DNA from: Vicinamibacterales bacterium | GTDB lineage: Bacteria > Acidobacteriota > Vicinamibacteria > Vicinamibacterales > 2-12-FULL-66-21 | Assembly: GCA_046594705.1 (NCBI GenBank) | Contig: JBKJRJ010000302.1 | Location: forward strand, 1 to 39,862 | Length of the DNA: 39,862 bases | Direction: 5' to 3' | In this document: piece after piece, positions 36,285-39,862 of the stretch | Layout of the letters: each line of letters begins with the position of its first letter | Numbering within the stretch: the first letter of the stretch is position 1 | The notes under the pieces: generated by a model | The model's database searches: none | Seen by the model: the letters and a program-made list of their open reading frames with translations, nothing else | What the model was told of the DNA's origin: nothing | Program-made: the position numbers and the translations under genes

Positions 36285-37673
36285 TCACGATCCATGGTGG
36301 TAGAACGACTCCCGGTCGAACAGATAGCGGTAGACCAGTGAAGGCGCCATCCGCGGCAGCGTGACAAAGGCATGGTAGGCGTTCGTCCGCGGTGCGAGGC
36401 GCTGGCGGTCCATCAGGCCGGTCGAGAACTCCGCGATCAACGCGAGATTCCAATAGACGGCGATCACGCTCAGGACGGCCAGCAACCGTCGCAGCTGGCC
36501 TGAGGGCAGCCGCACGCGTGATTCCAGCGCCGCGTAGCCGATCACCATCGCGGCCGTGAGCGCGATGAAACGCCGCTGCCCGAACGCGCCTGCCACCGTC
36601 CATGACTCGACGCTGCCGCCGACGTAGATCTGAAGACCCACCATCACCAGCAGGCAGAGCGCGACGTCCTGCCGCCGGCGTTCCCGTTCCCTGGACACGA
36701 AGAACATCCCCGCCACAGCCAGCAGCGCGAGCGGCGTCCACACGAAAAACCCGTGCTCCGGCGAGAACAGCACCTGCAGCGCATGCGGCGCGCCCCAATT
36801 CATCTTGTGCCCGACCGACGCATGCGGCCCGACGTGGCCGTTCAGGATGAGGTACGTCGCAATCTGCGGGGTGTAGACCAGGGCGAAGGCCAGCACCCCG
36901 GCAACCAGGCTTTGGGCTCTTGGCTGTAGGCGTTGGGAAGGGTCGCGGACGCCGCGGAGGGCCGACAGCCCGAAGTCCAGCGCCGGGCCGGCCGCGAAAA
37001 ACGCGTCCTGTTCCCGAATCATCGCCATCAGCGCCGCGGCGGCGCCGAGCGCAAGGAGACCGCGCGGCGACCACTCGTCGCGGACGCGGAGCCACACGTA
37101 GGTGAACAGCGCCACGCCGAATGCCGAGCAGGCGTGTGAGAACGGCGGCGCGACGTACATATAGAAGAAGAGCGGGGTACCCAGCCACACCACCAGCGCC
37201 GCGCGAAAGCCATTCAGGCCCAGCCGCGCCGCACAGAGCACCGCGAGCACTAACGCGAGAAATCCGTACGCCGCGGATCCGTACGCCACCGCCGCGACGT
37301 AAGGCTTCGAGAACCCATCCACCGCCCAGCCCCCCGCGCGGGCCAGCAGGTCTCCCGCCAGGTAGAACGGCGACCACAGCATCGCGCATCCGATCGTGGC
37401 GAAGTTGATCCGGCGCCCGGTCTCCGTCGTCCGCTCGAGGAAGGTCTCGTGGAACCCGTCCGACTTCGAGATGCCGCGGTCGTAGAAATACTGGTACTCG
37501 TTCTGGAACGACAGGTCGCGGTCGAACCACGCGGACCGCAAGTACGCGAAGTACTGGATCTCGTCCGAGGAGTAGATGCGGGGGGTGACCGCGGGGAGCG
37601 ACAGCAGGAACAGGCAGCCCAGGATAAGCCACTGGCGCCTCGTCGGGCCGGTGACGAAGGGGCGGGAATTCAC
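36285..37673 (-). CDS. Polytopic membrane protein, GT-C-fold glycosyltransferase-like (paralog of 26686..28644)
   Basis: 462 aa with about 11 hydrophobic helices. After TM1, the loop-1 motif is IYSSDEIQYFAYLRSAWFDRDLSF. Further colinear similarity to the other GT-C-like gene includes ...WSPFY/WSPFF..., ...PYVAAVAYGSAAYG / PYRQAVCVASLFYG..., and ALMAMIREQ / LMALIRWQ. The overlapping ORF 36226..37632 in another frame is Arg/Pro-rich junk. Confidence 0.82.
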   Translation of the reverse strand: MNSRPFVTGPTRRQWLILGCLFLLSLPAVTPRIYSSDEIQYFAYLRSAWFDRDLSFQNEYQYFYDRGISKSDGFHETFLERTTETGRRINFATIGCAMLWSPFYLAGDLLARAGGWAVDGFSKPYVAAVAYGSAAYGFLALVLAVLCAARLGLNGFRAALVVWLGTPLFFYMYVAPPFSHACSAFGVALFTYVWLRVRDEWSPRGLLALGAAAALMAMIREQDAFFAAGPALDFGLSALRGVRDPSQRLQPRAQSLVAGVLAFALVYTPQIATYLILNGHVGPHASVGHKMNWGAPHALQVLFSPEHGFFVWTPLALLAVAGMFFVSRERERRRQDVALCLLVMVGLQIYVGGSVESWTVAGAFGQRRFIALTAAMVIGYAALESRVRLPSGQLRRLLAVLSVIAVYWNLALIAEFSTGLMDRQRLAPRTNAYHAFVTLPRMAPSLVYRYLFDRESFYHHGS

Positions 37674-37702
37674 AGGTCTCTATCCATCTTACCGGAGGCT
37701 CG

Positions 37703-38455
37703 TCACGAGCCCATCGTCAGGAACTTGAGCACCTGGGTCAGGTTGAACCCGGCGTGGCCCACCATCGGGCCGAGGATCGAGCGGCGGCTCAGGTAGATCG
37801 CTCCCCAGAACGCGCCGAGGATTGCGGTGGCGAATGCGACGTCGTAGCCCTGCTCCAGGTGCCCCAGCCCGAACAGGGCGCTGAAGATCAGGAGGCCTGC
37901 CGGGCCGCCGCCGAGATATTGCTCGAACCGCCGAAGGACGAAACCGCGCTGGATTTCTTCGCGCAGGCCGCCGGCAATCATCACCACGAACGCGAAGATC
38001 ACGGCGTCCCACCGGTTCCGCACCAGATCCTGCAGCGGGTTGTGCGGCACGTTCCGCAGCCACGGCATCAGCAGTTGCACCACCAGGAGGACGGTGATGA
38101 CGACGAAGAAGGAGGCGGGGATCAGCGCCAGCCCGAACACGCACTCACGCACTTTCGGACGCCAGCCGAACAGCTGCTCCCGGATCGACTCGCGATGGGC
38201 GCGCATGAAGAACAGCACGAGCCCGACGAGCAGCACCGTATCGAGCAGGGTGAGCGTGAAGACGAAAGGGGGCGACAGGCCGCCGCCGGGCAGGCGCATC
38301 TTCATCCCGAACGTCGTGAGGAGGGTGATGACGATGATCTGGGTCGGGAAGCCGGAGCAGAGGATCACTTCCAGGGCCGCGGCCGCCCGCTCGATGGGAA
38401 GGATGCCCGGTGCCGCGCCTATCGGTGGTTCGGTTGTTGGCGCGGCCGGATCCAC
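37703..38455 (-). CDS. CPBP family intramembrane glutamic endopeptidase (CAAX protease/Abi family)
   Basis: 250 aa, multi-TM. The three CPBP motifs are present: GGLREEIQRGFVLRRF (EExxxR), FSALFGLGHLEQG (FxxxH) and MVGHAGFNL (HxxxN). GTG start. Confidence 0.88.
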   Translation of the reverse strand: MDPAAPTTEPPIGAAPGILPIERAAAALEVILCSGFPTQIIVITLLTTFGMKMRLPGGGLSPPFVFTLTLLDTVLLVGLVLFFMRAHRESIREQLFGWRPKVRECVFGLALIPASFFVVITVLLVVQLLMPWLRNVPHNPLQDLVRNRWDAVIFAFVVMIAGGLREEIQRGFVLRRFEQYLGGGPAGLLIFSALFGLGHLEQGYDVAFATAILGAFWGAIYLSRRSILGPMVGHAGFNLTQVLKFLTMGS

Positions 38456-38462
38456 GGGGCAG

Positions 38463-38468
38463 ATATTA
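38463..38468 (-). promoter_or_regulatory. Candidate -10 box TAATAT exactly 7 nt upstream of GTG 38455 (leaderless-type promoter of the glycosylation operon)
   Basis: The minus strand reads cctagAGTAATATctgccccGTG, directly after the heptamer hairpin. No SD. Confidence 0.4.
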
Positions 38469-38470
38469 CT

Positions 38471-38554
38471 CTAGGCTTTAGGCCTTAGGCTTTGGGCCTT
38501 GGGAAGAGCGAATCCCCCAAGACCCTAAAGCCTAAACCTAAAGCCCAAAACCTA
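38471..38554. repeat. Inverted arrays of a 7-bp repeat (CTTTAGG-like)n / (CCTAAAG-like)n forming a long imperfect hairpin; probable terminator of the lipoprotein gene
   Basis: The left arm is CTAGG CTTTAGG CCTTAGG CTTTGGG CCTTGGG and the loop is aagagcgaatcc. The right arm is CCCAAGA CCCTAAAG CCTAAA CCTAAAG CCCAAAA CCTAG. The arms pair over about 27 bp or more with small bulges, and the right arm has one extra unit. The region is much more AT-rich than its surroundings. Confidence 0.8.
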
Positions 38555-38560
38555 GTAAAC

Positions 38561-39328
38561 CTACCTCGCGATGGGGACGCGAAGCGTGACGGGCGCCGTC
38601 AGTTTCACCGCGAGGTTGGCTCCCCGGCCGATGCGCACGTCCTCGCCGCGCGTCGCCAGCACGTAGCCGGCGCCGGCGCCGCCGCCGATCACCGCGCCTT
38701 TGCCCGCGCCGCTCTTGCCGCCCGCGATGCGGCCGATGATCGCGCCCGCCGCGGCCGGCGCCAGCACCTTGACCGCGTCTTTCTTCTTGGTCGCGGGTGC
38801 GAGCCGCGAAATGGTCGCGGTGCTGATCCGTGTCGTGCCCGCGCCCGGCGTGTCGAGCTGGTTGAAGCGGAGCGCGATCATGCCGCGTCCCTTCACCTTG
38901 CCGGGCCGGTCAACCGCGGTGACGTGGCCGTTGACGACGGTCCCCGCCGGCAGCGCTTCCACGCCCTGAACAGTCACACCGCGGCGGAGCCGCCCCGACA
39001 CGGCCTGTTCCACGCGACTGGTGTCTGAGCCTACGGCGGTTTCGAGATCGACCGGCAGCACGGTCCCGGCGGGCAGCGTCACCTCACGAAACTCGGGTCC
39101 GCCCCCGAAGATTTTCTTCAGCGGGTTGGTCGAGGGTGCCTTGGCCGCGGTCGTTTGCGCGGGCGCATTCTCAGCGCCGGTGGACGGGCCTGATGTGGCG
39201 GCTGGAGCCTCGGCCGGGGCGACCGTGGCGGGCGCCGATGCGAGCTGGTTCGAGCTCTGGGCCGCCGGCGCTCGGTTGCACGCGACGATGAGTGCCAGAC
39301 CGCTTGCGAAGATAATTACTCGCTTCAT
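38561..39328 (-). CDS. Lipoprotein with A/P-rich linker, beta-rich PAGT-repeat region and C-terminal glycine-zipper
   Basis: ATG 39328 (MKRVIIFASGLALIVAC-N lipobox) is preceded by GAGGAA; ATG 39334 is an alternative. The Gly-zipper is AAAGAIIGRIAGGKSGAGKGAVIGGGAGAGYVLA. The track start at 39385 has no support. Confidence 0.75.
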   Translation of the reverse strand: MKRVIIFASGLALIVACNRAPAAQSSNQLASAPATVAPAEAPAATSGPSTGAENAPAQTTAAKAPSTNPLKKIFGGGPEFREVTLPAGTVLPVDLETAVGSDTSRVEQAVSGRLRRGVTVQGVEALPAGTVVNGHVTAVDRPGKVKGRGMIALRFNQLDTPGAGTTRISTATISRLAPATKKKDAVKVLAPAAAGAIIGRIAGGKSGAGKGAVIGGGAGAGYVLATRGEDVRIGRGANLAVKLTAPVTLRVPIAR

Positions 39329-39406
39329 ATTCATTTCCTCAAGCTCATGGGTTGCAACGCACGTACCGCCACGAAACCCCAACAAAGATGGGCTCCTAGC
39401 TCAGCT

Positions 39407-39445
39407 ACACTGTAAAAACTACAGTGTTAGACTGCGGACAGTGTC
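39407..39445. promoter_or_regulatory. Operator candidate: palindrome ACACTGTA-aaaac-TACAGTGT plus a third ACAGTGT half-site overlapping the RR start codon
   Basis: An 8-bp perfect inverted repeat (39407-39414 / 39420-39427) is followed by a direct repeat of ACAGTGT at 39439-39445. It lies in the divergent region between the lipoprotein gene and the response-regulator gene. A TAGACT box (39428-39433) sits 7 nt before GTG 39441. Confidence 0.45.
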
Positions 39446-39862
39446 CACTCCAACTGAAGACGAACGCGTGCAGGAGCGCGCCGCGGCCGAGAAACCGGCG
39501 GTGGCTGAGCGTGTCCTGATTGTAGAGGACGACCCGGCGACGCGCGTCGGACTCGCCGAACTGGTGGGCGCCTGGGGCTTCAACACCGAGGAAGCCGCGA
39601 ACGGCGAGGAGGCGCTGGAGAAGATCACCTCGTTCCGTCCCGCCATCATCGTGTCGGACCTGGTCATGCCGCGGATGGGCGGGCTCGAGCTGCTGCGCGC
39701 GCTCAAGGATCAGCTGTCGGATCTGACGGTCATCCTGCTCACGGCGCAGGGCACCGTGGAGTCCGCGGTCGAGGCGATCAAGGAAGGCGCCTACGACTAC
39801 CTGAGCAAACCGGTTGATCCCTCGCGCCTGCGCATCCTGCTGCAGAAGGCGGTCGAGCGCCA
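39441..39862 (+). CDS. Response regulator, receiver domain (NtrC/AtoC-like N-terminus); 3-prime end beyond window
   Basis: Not in the track because it runs off the edge. The frame reads VSTPTEDERVQERAAAEKPAVAERVLIVEDDPATRVGLAELVGAWGFNTEEAANGEEALEKI...IIVSDLVMPRMGGLELL...ILLTAQGTVESAVEAIKEGAYDYLSKPVDPSRLRILLQKAVER. The GTG 39441 start is my inference. Confidence 0.85.
   Translation, partial: MSTPTEDERVQERAAAEKPAVAERVLIVEDDPATRVGLAELVGAWGFNTEEAANGEEALEKITSFRPAIIVSDLVMPRMGGLELLRALKDQLSDLTVILLTAQGTVESAVEAIKEGAYDYLSKPVDPSRLRILLQKAVER

Noticed and set aside
36226-37632. 468-aa minus-strand ORF in a second frame over the GT-C-like gene
   Set aside because: It is a Pro/Arg/Gly/Ala-rich translation with no hydrophobic helices. 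The 462-aa frame gives a coherent multi-TM protein with a paralog in the same operon.
39390-39405. tRNA-like start GGGCTCCTAGCTCAGC
   Set aside because: It resembles an acceptor stem plus D-arm. However, there is no GG D-loop, no anticodon stem, no GTTCGAATC-type T-arm and no matching 3-prime acceptor strand within 90 nt. It is not a tRNA.

Overview
Very GC-rich chromosomal segment (third codon positions almost all G/C) from a diderm bacterium. The gene content (ECF/anti-sigma pair, PEGA protein, TamB-BamA, many GT-C/GT4 genes) would suit Acidobacteriota or a similar soil phylum, but that taxon is only a guess. I support 32 protein-coding genes and see no rRNA, tRNA, CRISPR array, transposase or integrase.

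Layout:
(i) 1-6112, minus strand: a PAS histidine kinase (truncated by the window edge), an ABC-F ATPase, and a GAF-GAF-PAS histidine kinase tightly coupled to a response regulator with reversed domain order (HTH first, receiver last).
(ii) 6279-10239: an ECF sigma factor, a zf-HC2 anti-sigma factor and two exported proteins, facing a small membrane protein and a secreted Gly/Tyr-rich PEGA-domain protein.
(iii) 10415-26534, plus strand: a 16-kb almost gapless gene string. It runs hslV, hslU, an Fn3 lipoprotein, a FAH-family hydrolase, transaldolase, a three-gene biotin carboxylase set (carboxyltransferase, biotin carboxylase, BCCP), tamB, bamA and a SurA-N-like chaperone.
(iv) 26686-38455, minus strand: a nine-gene glycosylation operon, partly translationally coupled. 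It holds a CPBP protease, three GT-C-type membrane glycosyltransferases, four GT4 enzymes and a Zn-ribbon methyltransferase, with no priming transferase, flippase, polymerase or exporter. This is the best candidate for an undescribed envelope glycoconjugate system.
(v) 38561-39862: a Gly-zipper lipoprotein and the start of an NtrC-like response regulator.

Non-coding signals:
- Three intergenic spacers are built from tandem 7-bp repeats. Two of them are inverted arrays that form long hairpins.
- A TANNNT -10 box recurs exactly 7-8 nt upstream of start codons that lack a Shine-Dalgarno sequence, which suggests leaderless mRNAs.
- A triple ACAGTGT half-site operator candidate sits upstream of the last gene.

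The many long ORFs antisense to real genes are GC-composition artefacts. All domain calls come from reading motifs by eye; no database search was run.
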